The notes beneath the pieces were generated by a model. The model was not told the origin of the DNA. It saw only the letters and a list, made by a program, of their open reading frames with translations, and did not search any database. From positions 2,304,001-2,368,000 of the forward strand of contig JBKAGP010000001.1 in the NCBI GenBank assembly GCA_046290465.1: DNA of 64,000 nucleotides. Direction: 5' to 3'. The position numbers and the translations under genes were made by a program. This document shows positions 29,850 to 37,753 of this stretch, one piece after another. Each line of letters begins with the position of its first letter. Positions within the stretch are counted from its first letter, which is position 1. This stretch comes from Planctomycetota bacterium (lineage in GTDB: Bacteria; Planctomycetota; UBA1135; UBA2386).

Positions 29850-30506
29850 CTATGGCTGCATCAGGCGCCGCACCGCGCGCTGCACGGCGTCGACGGCGGC
29901 CCCGAGGTTCCAGGCGCCGCGGTCGCGGTCGCCGGTCCAGTTGCTGATCGCGCGCACGTGCAGCAGCGGCACCTCGAGCTTGCGGCAGACGTAGGCGACG
30001 GCGGCCCCCTCCATCGTCTCGACGTCGCCGCCGCCACCGCGCTGGCGCGCGCGTCGCGACGCCTCGTCGGTGCCGCTGCAGCTGCTGACGGTCAATCCGT
30101 GCACGCTCGGGCAGCCGAGCCGCACGGCCGCATCCCTGGCCAGCCGCGGATCGGCCAGGAACGGGCCGCAGTCGCCGAGCTGCATCGAGCCGAGGTCGAG
30201 GAAGCCGTCGGGCGTCTCGACGCCCTCGTCGGCCAGCAGGTCGTGGCTGACGACCGCGACGTCGCCGATGTCGAGCGGCGGCGGCCCGTCGCGGTGGCGC
30301 TCCGGGTAGGCGCCGGCGACGCCGAACAACAGCACCGCGCGCACGCCGTCGCGGCGCCGCAACAGGTCGGCGGCGCCGAACGCAGCGGCGGTCTTGCCGA
30401 CGCCGATCGACTGCACGCCGAGGTCCTCGAGCCCGTGCCCCTCGATCGGCGCCGCGTGCAGCAACAGGAACTCGGAGCGCGGGATGCCGCCGAGCCCTTC
30501 GCTCAT
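29850..30506 (-). CDS. mqnB: Futalosine hydrolase
   Basis: GVGKTAAA, GVAGAY, DEGVETPDGFLDL, ETMEGAAVA and RAISNWTGDRDRGAW. Confidence 0.88.
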   Translation of the reverse strand: MSEGLGGIPRSEFLLLHAAPIEGHGLEDLGVQSIGVGKTAAAFGAADLLRRRDGVRAVLLFGVAGAYPERHRDGPPPLDIGDVAVVSHDLLADEGVETPDGFLDLGSMQLGDCGPFLADPRLARDAAVRLGCPSVHGLTVSSCSGTDEASRRARQRGGGGDVETMEGAAVAYVCRKLEVPLLHVRAISNWTGDRDRGAWNLGAAVDAVQRAVRRLMQP

Positions 30507-32323
30507 CGCACCGTCACCGACACGCCCTTGCCGTTGGCCGCCAACAGGCGCTCGAAGGCGTCGTCGTCGAATGCATAGCGTTCGGCGACCTCGCGCCAGC
30601 CGTCGGCGACCGCGAGGAACATGCAGGTCTCGCGCGCGCTCGGCTGATGCCCGGTGGCCTCGACCGTCAGCGACTCGATGCCCGACACCTGGCGCAGGAA
30701 GCGCTGCAGGTTGGCCGCCTGCTGGCACGCGAGGCCGTCCTGGTAGTCGAGTTCTTGCAGCATCGCGACCGCGCACAGGCACGCCGGGCGCCCGTACGAT
30801 TCGAGCCGCTGCGCCAGCAACGGCACGAACCGCGGCGACTCAGCCAGCGGCTGCAGCATCTCGCGGTAGGCCTCGAAGTCCTCGGGCACCGAGACCCGCG
30901 CCAGGTCGAGCGGCCGCAGCGTCTGCGGCCGGTTGCGCTGCGCGGCGCGGCGGCCGCTCTTGAGCTTGTCGTCGACCAGGCTGCGCACGCGGCGGCTCAA
31001 CCGCGGCCCTTCTTCGACCTGCTGCACCACCGCGTAGCTGTTGGGTTCGGCGTAGGAGACCGCGTGCGGCGCAGCGCGCAGCATCGTGTAGAAGAAGCCG
31101 AGCGTGACGATCAGCACGGCGGCGAACAGGGCGACGAACCCGAACGCCGAACTGCCGCCGCGACGGCGCCGACGGGCCGCGGCGTGCTGCGCGTCCTGGC
31201 GCCGCTCGGAGAAGCTGCGACGCGGCGGCAACGGCGGCATCGCCGGGTTGGGCGGGCTGCGCCGCAACTGCGGGCCACCGGCGGCACGCTCGTGCGGCAG
31301 CGGCGGCGGCAGGCAGGACGGGATCGCTGGCGGTTCGTGCCGGAGCCTCGGGCCGTTCGACGGGTTGTTCGACTGGTTGTTTCGCTGGCCCTGCGACGGA
31401 CTCTTCGATCGGGCCGGCGGTGGCACCATCGCCGCGCGGCGCGGCACCGCGCCTTCGAGGTGGGCAACCGGTCCGAACGCGGCGATCATCTCGTCGACCG
31501 ACTGGAACCGCGCTTCGGGATCCTTGGCGAGGCTCCTGGTCAACACGCTGCGCTCGGTCGCGGTCAGCAGCGCCGGCAGCTCGGGTCGGGCCGTCTCGTG
31601 CTTGCGCAGCACCTCCCACTCGCTGTCGCCGGTGAACGGCACCTTGCCGCACAGGATCTCGTAGAGCATCACGCCGAGCGAGTAGATGTCGCTGCGCTGG
31701 TCGCCGCGCCGCTGCAGCATCTCGGGCGCCATGTAGTACGGCGTGCCCCGCCCCATCGACAGGCTGCCGCGCGAGTGCGTCACCAGCTTGGACAGACCGT
31801 AGTCGCCGAGCCGCGCCACGCCGCCCTTCAGGAACACGTTCGCCGGCTTGATGTCGAAGTGCACCAGCGAACGTTCGTGCAGCGCCTGCAGCCCGCGCGC
31901 CGCCTGCAGGAACGCCCGCACCAGCTCGCCCTTCTCGTCCGCCGTCGGCGGCCGGCCCTCCGGCATCTTGTCGCGCAGCGTCTCGGTGCCCGCGAACGCC
32001 ATCACCAGATACGGGATCCCGTCGACCTCGCCGCGGTCCTCGATCGACACCAGGTTCGGGTGGTCGATCTGCGCGAAGTACTTCACCTGCTCCAGCTCCG
32101 ACAGCACCGCGCGCCGCACCTCGCCGTCGTCCACCTGCAGGAACTTGATCGCGTAGTCCTTGCCGATCGACATCCGCCGCGCCCGGAACACCAGCCCGAA
32201 CATCCCGCCACCAAGCTTCGTCGTGATCTCGAAGCCCTCGATGTAGGAGGGCTTGCGGTAGTCGCGGTAGAAGGCCTCCCAGTCCGGGCGGGGAGCCTCA
32301 GGAGTGGCGTCGGTGGGCTGCAT
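30503..32323 (-). CDS. Receptor-like Ser/Thr kinase (non-RD) with TM and C-terminal domain
   Basis: GGGMFG, YAIK, HFDIKPAN, DYG and APE. Pro-rich linker and one TM helix. Confidence 0.9.
   Translation of the reverse strand: MQPTDATPEAPRPDWEAFYRDYRKPSYIEGFEITTKLGGGMFGLVFRARRMSIGKDYAIKFLQVDDGEVRRAVLSELEQVKYFAQIDHPNLVSIEDRGEVDGIPYLVMAFAGTETLRDKMPEGRPPTADEKGELVRAFLQAARGLQALHERSLVHFDIKPANVFLKGGVARLGDYGLSKLVTHSRGSLSMGRGTPYYMAPEMLQRRGDQRSDIYSLGVMLYEILCGKVPFTGDSEWEVLRKHETARPELPALLTATERSVLTRSLAKDPEARFQSVDEMIAAFGPVAHLEGAVPRRAAMVPPPARSKSPSQGQRNNQSNNPSNGPRLRHEPPAIPSCLPPPLPHERAAGGPQLRRSPPNPAMPPLPPRRSFSERRQDAQHAAARRRRRGGSSAFGFVALFAAVLIVTLGFFYTMLRAAPHAVSYAEPNSYAVVQQVEEGPRLSRRVRSLVDDKLKSGRRAAQRNRPQTLRPLDLARVSVPEDFEAYREMLQPLAESPRFVPLLAQRLESYGRPACLCAVAMLQELDYQDGLACQQAANLQRFLRQVSGIESLTVEATGHQPSARETCMFLAVADGWREVAERYAFDDDAFERLLAANGKGVSVTVR
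31607..32284 (-). repeat. 678-bp direct repeat, copy 1 (kinase domain)
   Basis: Manual alignment with 52545-53222 shows 3 mismatches and no gaps. Confidence 0.92.
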
Positions 32324-32432
32324 GCGATCAGGATACTCGGAGCGGCGGGGACTCTCCCGGATGACGGCGCGGCTGCGCTAGGACAGGCCGACTATTCCGA
32401 CAACCGGGCAATCTGCGTAGGTTCTTTCGCTC

Positions 32433-34211
32433 GTGACGACCGACACCCAGACCTGCTCCCACTTCGGCAAGTGCGGGGGCTGCAGCATGCTCGATGTGCC
32501 CATCGCAGACCAGCTTGCGCAGAAGGCCCGCGCCGCGACCGAACTGCTGGCCGCGCATCTCGGCGACGTCGAGGTGGAGACGTCGCTGCCACCGCGGCCT
32601 CCGCGCCACGACCGCACCGCGATCCTCTACCCCGTGCAGCCGAGGCGCCGCGGCGTCACGCTCGGCATCTACCGGCGCGGCAGCCACCAGGTGGAGCCGA
32701 TCCGCGACTGCCGCATCCAGCACAAGGCGCTGACGCGGTTCGGATTGCTCGCCGGCGAGGTGCTGCGGCACCACGAGATCCCCGCCTACGACGAGCAGAC
32801 CGGCGAGGGGGTCGTGCGCGCGATCCGCGCCCGGGTCATGCCCGGCAGCAACGAACTGCTGGTCGGGGCGGTCGCGACGACGTCGAAGTTCCAGAAGCGC
32901 GACCAGCTGGTGCGCGACCTAGCCGACGCCGCCAGTGGCCTGCGCGACGACCAGGGTCGCCCCCTGCAGCTGGTCGGAGCCGTGCTCAACGTCAACGACC
33001 AGCCCGGCAACGCGCTGCTCGGGCCGCGCACGCTGGCGCTGCACGGCGACCCGTTCCAGACCGACCGGGTCGGCGCCCTGCGGGTGCGCGTCTCGTTCGA
33101 GAGCTTCTACCAGCTGCATCGACACGCCGAGGCGGTGCTGTTCCGGCCGGCGCTCGAGATGCTCGGCGATGTCGCGGGCCAGCGCGTCGTCGACGGCTAC
33201 GGCGGCGTCGGAACGTTCACCCTGCGGCTCTTGCGGGACGGCGCCGCGCACGTGACGCTGATCGAGAACGGGCCGAGTTCGTGCGCGGACGCGCGCGCCA
33301 ACCTGCAGGCCAACGGCTTCGACCACGGCGAGGTGCGCGAGCAGCCGTTCGGCAGCGCGCCGCTGCCCGACTGCGATGCGCTGGTCGTCGACCCGCCGCG
33401 CGCCGGCCTGATGGAAACCGGCGCCAGCGCCATCGCGGCGTGCCCGGCCCCGCGCGTCTTACTGGTCTCGTGCTCGATGACGTCGCTCGCCCGCGACCTC
33501 GAACACCTCGCCGCCACCCACCGCGTCACCCGCATGCGCCTCTGCGACCTCTTCCCCCACACCGACCACACCGAGATCCTCACCCTCCTCCACCGCCGCG
33601 CAGTACGCCGTGACGTCGCTGCATGGTTCATGCGCTCCGGAACTTGCGCGAGCGAAGCAGCGCGACTGTACGGCTACTTAGCGGTGGTTCTGGATCATCT
33701 TGCGGAAGCGGTCGAGCACGGTGTCGGCGAGTTCGCCGGAGTGGGCGACCCACTCGGCGTTCTGGAAGATGCGCGGGTGGGCGGCGGCGCGCATCTGCTC
33801 GAGGTAGGGCTCGACCTTGGCGTAGAGCAGCATGCCCTCGCCGGTGTTCTCGAGCAGGTAGTCGGTGTGCACGACGCCGTGCTTGGCCATGCCGAAGGCC
33901 ATCTCCCAATAGGTCGAGACCTGCCGGTAGGCGCGGTTGAGCGGGTGGTCCGGCGACAGGATCGCGACCGCCTCGTCGGCGTTCTTCGGCCAGTATTCGG
34001 CGTTGATCGCGTCGCGCGACTCGCGCATCACCGGCTCGCGACGCAGGTCGTAGAGCTTGAGGACGAGATCGGCGTCGTGATGATCCGGTGCGTGCTTGGA
34101 CATGCGCGCAGTGTGCGTCGTCACGGACGCAGGCGCAAACGCACGTCGCGGCGACCGACCTGCAGGCCCGTTTCCGAACGGCTGCCGCCACGGTCGATGA
34201 CGATCCGGTAG
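32433..34211 (+). CDS. rlmD: 23S rRNA (uracil-5)-methyltransferase RlmD/TrmA family; homologous part ends near 33600, ORF reads on
   Basis: CSHFGKCGGC Fe-S motif, SFYQ, DPPRAGL, VSC and DLFPHTDHTE. No in-frame stop until 34211. Confidence 0.85.
   Translation: MTTDTQTCSHFGKCGGCSMLDVPIADQLAQKARAATELLAAHLGDVEVETSLPPRPPRHDRTAILYPVQPRRRGVTLGIYRRGSHQVEPIRDCRIQHKALTRFGLLAGEVLRHHEIPAYDEQTGEGVVRAIRARVMPGSNELLVGAVATTSKFQKRDQLVRDLADAASGLRDDQGRPLQLVGAVLNVNDQPGNALLGPRTLALHGDPFQTDRVGALRVRVSFESFYQLHRHAEAVLFRPALEMLGDVAGQRVVDGYGGVGTFTLRLLRDGAAHVTLIENGPSSCADARANLQANGFDHGEVREQPFGSAPLPDCDALVVDPPRAGLMETGASAIAACPAPRVLLVSCSMTSLARDLEHLAATHRVTRMRLCDLFPHTDHTEILTLLHRRAVRRDVAAWFMRSGTCASEAARLYGYLAVVLDHLAEAVEHGVGEFAGVGDPLGVLEDARVGGGAHLLEVGLDLGVEQHALAGVLEQVVGVHDAVLGHAEGHLPIGRDLPVGAVERVVRRQDRDRLVGVLRPVFGVDRVARLAHHRLATQVVELEDEIGVVMIRCVLGHARSVRRHGRRRKRTSRRPTCRPVSERLPPRSMTIR
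33603..33677. mobile_element. REPIN-like hairpin, diverged relative of the RAYT inverted repeats
   Basis: The ends pair (GTACGCCGT...ACGGCTAC). Shares GGTTCAT, CTCC and AACTTnCGCG with the IR. Minus strand starts GTAGCCGTAC, identical to the left IR end. Confidence 0.65.
33678..34103 (-). CDS. Conserved hypothetical protein (DUF4760-like)
   Basis: MSKHAPDHHDADLVLKLYDLRREPVMRESR...YWEM with typical codon usage. Confidence 0.8.
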   Translation of the reverse strand: MSKHAPDHHDADLVLKLYDLRREPVMRESRDAINAEYWPKNADEAVAILSPDHPLNRAYRQVSTYWEMAFGMAKHGVVHTDYLLENTGEGMLLYAKVEPYLEQMRAAAHPRIFQNAEWVAHSGELADTVLDRFRKMIQNHR

Positions 34212-35620
34212 TCGCCGACCGGCAGGTGGCCGGCGAAGTGCGAGCAGCGCTCGCCGCGCGAATGCACCGGCACGTCGCCGGCGAACACCTCGATCGTGGC
34301 GCCGAACTGCTCCATGCCCGAGCGCGAACAGGCGCGCAGGTCGACGTGGGCGCGGGCCTCGACCTGCAGCGCCGCGACCGACTCCCGGTTCGGCAGCACC
34401 ACGACGCGCAGGTCCGGGACCGGGTCGAAGGCGAGGTATCGCCATGCGCCGTCGACGATCCGGTCCCGCGCGACGACCTGCGCCGGCCCCGGCGGCACGT
34501 CGAGGAAGCCGTATTCCCCGAAACGCGCCTTGCCCCAGGTCTGCCAGCGGTGCTGCCGGGCTTCGGCCTCGCCCCGGCCCGCCGGCACCATCAGGACCGG
34601 CGTGTTGTCGGCGTCCAGCCCGTGCATGCGATGGCGCGACTCGAACAGCAGCCGCACGCTGGCAACGCGGGAGACCGCGACGACGGCCGTCTGCACGCCG
34701 CTCTCGGCCAGCATGCGCACCCGCGTCGGCGGCTGACGCGCGACGTATCGCCCCCGCACCGTCAACTCGTAGTCCCCCGGCGGAACCAGCGGCAGCCAGG
34801 CCTTGCGGTCGACGTTGGCGCGGCGCTCGCGCGTATACGCGCCGTCGACCCGCCGCAGGAAGATGTCGACCTTGCCGACCGGCCCCTCGAGCTCGACCCG
34901 CAGGTCCTGGCAGCGCAGCGGCGCGGACCAGTCCTGCTGGCCGCAGCCAACCGGCAGCGGCACGACGTGGCTGCAGGCCGCGAGCTCCTGCAGGTTGCGC
35001 ACGAGATCGAAGCGCGCTTCACCGACCGGCATCACCGCGTGGTGCCGGCCGTCGGATGCCCGCGGCACCAGGCGCGCCTCGCCGCCGAGGCGCACCCGGA
35101 CGTGTGCGCTGCGCCGCCGGGACCAGTCGACGTCGAAGGTCCCGTGGGTCGCGACCATGTCGGCGGGCAAGCGCAGGTCGAGCTCGACCCCCTCGTCTTC
35201 TTCGAGTTCTAGCGACGTCCCGAAGTTCGTCGGCGGGATCGTCATCAGCGACAGCCGCCCGGCCGGGCAACCGGCGAACGCAAACCGGCCTTCCTCGTCC
35301 AGCTCGACCGCCTCGGCCCACGAGCTGGCCTCCGCGTAGAGCTGGAGCCTGCAGAACGGCACCGGGCGCCCGAGATGGTCGCACAGCTGCCCGCGCACGC
35401 CCGGCTCCGCGACCTTGCGGCGCTCGATCGGCAGGTCGAACTCGACGGGTGCCGCCGCGCCCTCGCGCGGCGCTTCGGCGCGCACCTCGGCCCGCTCGGG
35501 TGCGGGAACGGCGACGCGGTCCGCGTCGCGACCGGCGAACCACCAGCCTGCGACGGCGAGGCCGACGACCAGCAGCGCGAAGGCCGCGCGCCGCACCCCG
35601 CTGTCGCCGGCTCTACGCAT
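34121..35620 (-). CDS. Membrane-anchored protein with carboxypeptidase-regulatory-like (Ig-like) domains
   Basis: N-terminal TM. VRGQLCDHLGRPV..DEEGRFAF and VPPGDYEL. The start may be GTG 35596. Confidence 0.7.
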   Translation of the reverse strand: MRRAGDSGVRRAAFALLVVGLAVAGWWFAGRDADRVAVPAPERAEVRAEAPREGAAAPVEFDLPIERRKVAEPGVRGQLCDHLGRPVPFCRLQLYAEASSWAEAVELDEEGRFAFAGCPAGRLSLMTIPPTNFGTSLELEEDEGVELDLRLPADMVATHGTFDVDWSRRRSAHVRVRLGGEARLVPRASDGRHHAVMPVGEARFDLVRNLQELAACSHVVPLPVGCGQQDWSAPLRCQDLRVELEGPVGKVDIFLRRVDGAYTRERRANVDRKAWLPLVPPGDYELTVRGRYVARQPPTRVRMLAESGVQTAVVAVSRVASVRLLFESRHRMHGLDADNTPVLMVPAGRGEAEARQHRWQTWGKARFGEYGFLDVPPGPAQVVARDRIVDGAWRYLAFDPVPDLRVVVLPNRESVAALQVEARAHVDLRACSRSGMEQFGATIEVFAGDVPVHSRGERCSHFAGHLPVGDYRIVIDRGGSRSETGLQVGRRDVRLRLRP

Positions 35621-36812
35621 CCTTGGGGGCGAGGTCGATCGCGCCGAACGACTCGGCGCCCGGCGACGACCACCGGAAGACGTGGCCGGAGTAGCCGGTG
35701 GCCTGGTTGAGCGCCTTCTTGGCGCGCAGGGCCTCGTACCAGACCTTGGTGTGTTCGCCGACCATGACGACCGTGCCACCGCCACCGCGGCCGCTCATGC
35801 GCGCACCGAGCACGGCGCCACCGTCGTCGCGACGCTTGCGCACCCAGTCCACCACCAGGTCGCACGCGTCGCTGCCGAGGCCCGCCGCCCGGTAGGCGTC
35901 GTGCGAGGCGAACAGCAGGTCACCGAGCTCGCGCCGCTGGGCCGGATGCGGCGGCTGGTCGAGCAGCTCCCGGAAGCGCGTGATGCGCTCGCCCTCGCCG
36001 TCGACGTCCTGCTCGGCGGCGGCCGGATCGGTCTGGCTGCCGGTCTCGAGCCCGACGAACTCCAGGTCGCTCGGCACCTGCAGCCGCTGTTCGAGGTCCG
36101 CAGCCGCACCGCGCAACATCAGCAGTTCTCCTCGTTCGGCGAGCACGCTCGTCATCGCGTCGGCCACACGGCCGTCGACGCCGAGAACTTCCCGTTCGAC
36201 CGATTGCGCCAGCCGCGCCACCTCGACCGGCGACAGCTCCACTTCGTACAGCATCGCAAACGCGCGCAGCGACGCGACCACGATCGCGCTCGACGACGCG
36301 ACCCCGCAGCGGCTGGGAACGTCGCTGTGGATCAGCAGTTCGGCGCCGTGCGTCGGCACCAGCCCGTGTTCGCGGGACAACACCAGCAGGGCGCCCAGCA
36401 GGTACGCCGCCCAACGATCGCGCGGGTCCGGCAGCAGAAACGCCTTGGCCTCCTCGTAGTCGATCGGCCCTTCCGGCGGCACCAGGTCGCCGAGCCGCAC
36501 CGACAGCATCTGGGTGCGCGAGCCGTCGCGACATGGCGACCACAGCCGGATCAACTCGTCGTCGCGCGCCTGGATCGCGGCGCAGGCGGCCTCGGAGGTC
36601 GCCAGCGACAGGGAGTGGGGCGAACGGCTGCCGCCGAGGCCGCCGAGCACGTCCAGGCGGCCGGGTGCGCGGGCGATCCGGATCGGGCGGCCCTGCTGGA
36701 AGAACGCCGGCATCACCTCCTCGATGAGGCGGAACACCATCAGGACGCCGAGGCCCTCGGCCGGATCTTCGGACGGAGTGAAGTACTGCACGGGGGCGAG
36801 CATACGCACCAT
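35613..36812 (-). CDS. GHMP-family sugar kinase (galactokinase/arabinokinase-like)
   Basis: RAPGRLDVLGG, WAAY, SDVPSRCGVASSS and GARMSGRGGGG. Confidence 0.85.
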   Translation of the reverse strand: MVRMLAPVQYFTPSEDPAEGLGVLMVFRLIEEVMPAFFQQGRPIRIARAPGRLDVLGGLGGSRSPHSLSLATSEAACAAIQARDDELIRLWSPCRDGSRTQMLSVRLGDLVPPEGPIDYEEAKAFLLPDPRDRWAAYLLGALLVLSREHGLVPTHGAELLIHSDVPSRCGVASSSAIVVASLRAFAMLYEVELSPVEVARLAQSVEREVLGVDGRVADAMTSVLAERGELLMLRGAAADLEQRLQVPSDLEFVGLETGSQTDPAAAEQDVDGEGERITRFRELLDQPPHPAQRRELGDLLFASHDAYRAAGLGSDACDLVVDWVRKRRDDGGAVLGARMSGRGGGGTVVMVGEHTKVWYEALRAKKALNQATGYSGHVFRWSSPGAESFGAIDLAPKDA

Positions 36813-36897
36813 GGGGCGCGAGGCCGAAATCCTGGACTTCCCCCAGGGCGCACGTAGCCTCAGTGGCAGTCAAACCGGGCATCGCCCAGGACCCGCA

Positions 36898-37203
36898 ATG
36901 CACAACCGAATCCTCAAGACGGCCCTGCTCGCTTCGCTGCTCGGCCTGACCGCGTGCGGCAGCTCCGGCTACTCGCGCGTCGTCTCGATCAACCCGCCGG
37001 AAGCCAACCTCTACATCAACGGCGTCAAGGTCGGCAACGGCGACAAGCGCGAGCGCCAGTTCTCGTTCGAGCAGCAGAAGCGCTACTACATCCAGGCCGT
37101 GCACCCGGACTTCATCCCGAAGCTCGAGATCGTCGACGAGAAGATGATCCGGGGCCTGGTGAAGAACAACCTGCCGCTCAAGATGACGATGAAGGCCCGC
37201 TGA
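36898..37203 (+). CDS. PEGA-like lipoprotein
   Basis: LTAC lipobox and SINPPEANLYINGVKVG. Confidence 0.75.
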   Translation: MHNRILKTALLASLLGLTACGSSGYSRVVSINPPEANLYINGVKVGNGDKRERQFSFEQQKRYYIQAVHPDFIPKLEIVDEKMIRGLVKNNLPLKMTMKAR

Positions 37204-37592
37204 TGAACACGCTCACCAAGACCCTGTCCGCGTTCGCCGCCTGCGCCGTCATGACCGCCTGCGGCAGCGTGCCGAAGAAGACGTTCGTGTTCGACGCGAT
37301 CACGCTCGAAGAGCGCGCCCACCCGTGCCTGATCGTCATCGACGACGAGTGGGACAAGGCGGCCGAGAACAACCAGGTCGTCAACATGAACGGCGACGAC
37401 GAACTGAAGGTGACCGTCGAGTTCCGCGCGTCGGAGATCGAGGTCACGGTCGCGCCGCTCGCGCCCGGCAGCAACGTGATGCCGCGCTCGCGCTCGGAGG
37501 CGATCCAGATGTCGCAGTTCATGGACGACATGCCGCGCCGCCTGCGCATGGACGATCCGGCGAAGCACCTGTTCGTGCTGCAGCCGAAGTAG
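37203..37592 (+). CDS. Hypothetical lipoprotein
   Basis: MTAC lipobox and TGATG overlap with the upstream gene. Confidence 0.75.
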   Translation: MNTLTKTLSAFAACAVMTACGSVPKKTFVFDAITLEERAHPCLIVIDDEWDKAAENNQVVNMNGDDELKVTVEFRASEIEVTVAPLAPGSNVMPRSRSEAIQMSQFMDDMPRRLRMDDPAKHLFVLQPK

Positions 37593-37597
37593 CGCCC

Positions 37598-37753
37598 GGT
37601 TGCTGGCACCTGGTTGCTGGCACCTGGTTGCTGGCAACGGGGCCGCCCCGACCACCTCGGCGTACCGGCCACCTCGGCGTAAGGGCCACGTCGGCGAACC
37701 GGCCACCTCGGCGAACCGACTACCTCGGCAAACCGACTACTTCGGCCATGGCA
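37598..37753. repeat. Intergenic tandem arrays: 14 bp x3 and 17 bp x6
   Basis: GGTTGCTGGCACCT x3 at 37598-37639. CCACCTCGGCGWACCGG-like units start at 37652, 37669, 37686, 37703, 37720 and 37737. Confidence 0.9.

Noticed and set aside
31607..32284. Kinase repeat pair as a DGR TR/VR pair or as IS ends
   Set aside because: Both copies are long coding catalytic domains with only 3 scattered differences. No RT or transposase is associated.
37598..37753. Possible CRISPR array
   Set aside because: Units are 14-17 bp and directly adjacent with no unique spacers. No cas genes are present.
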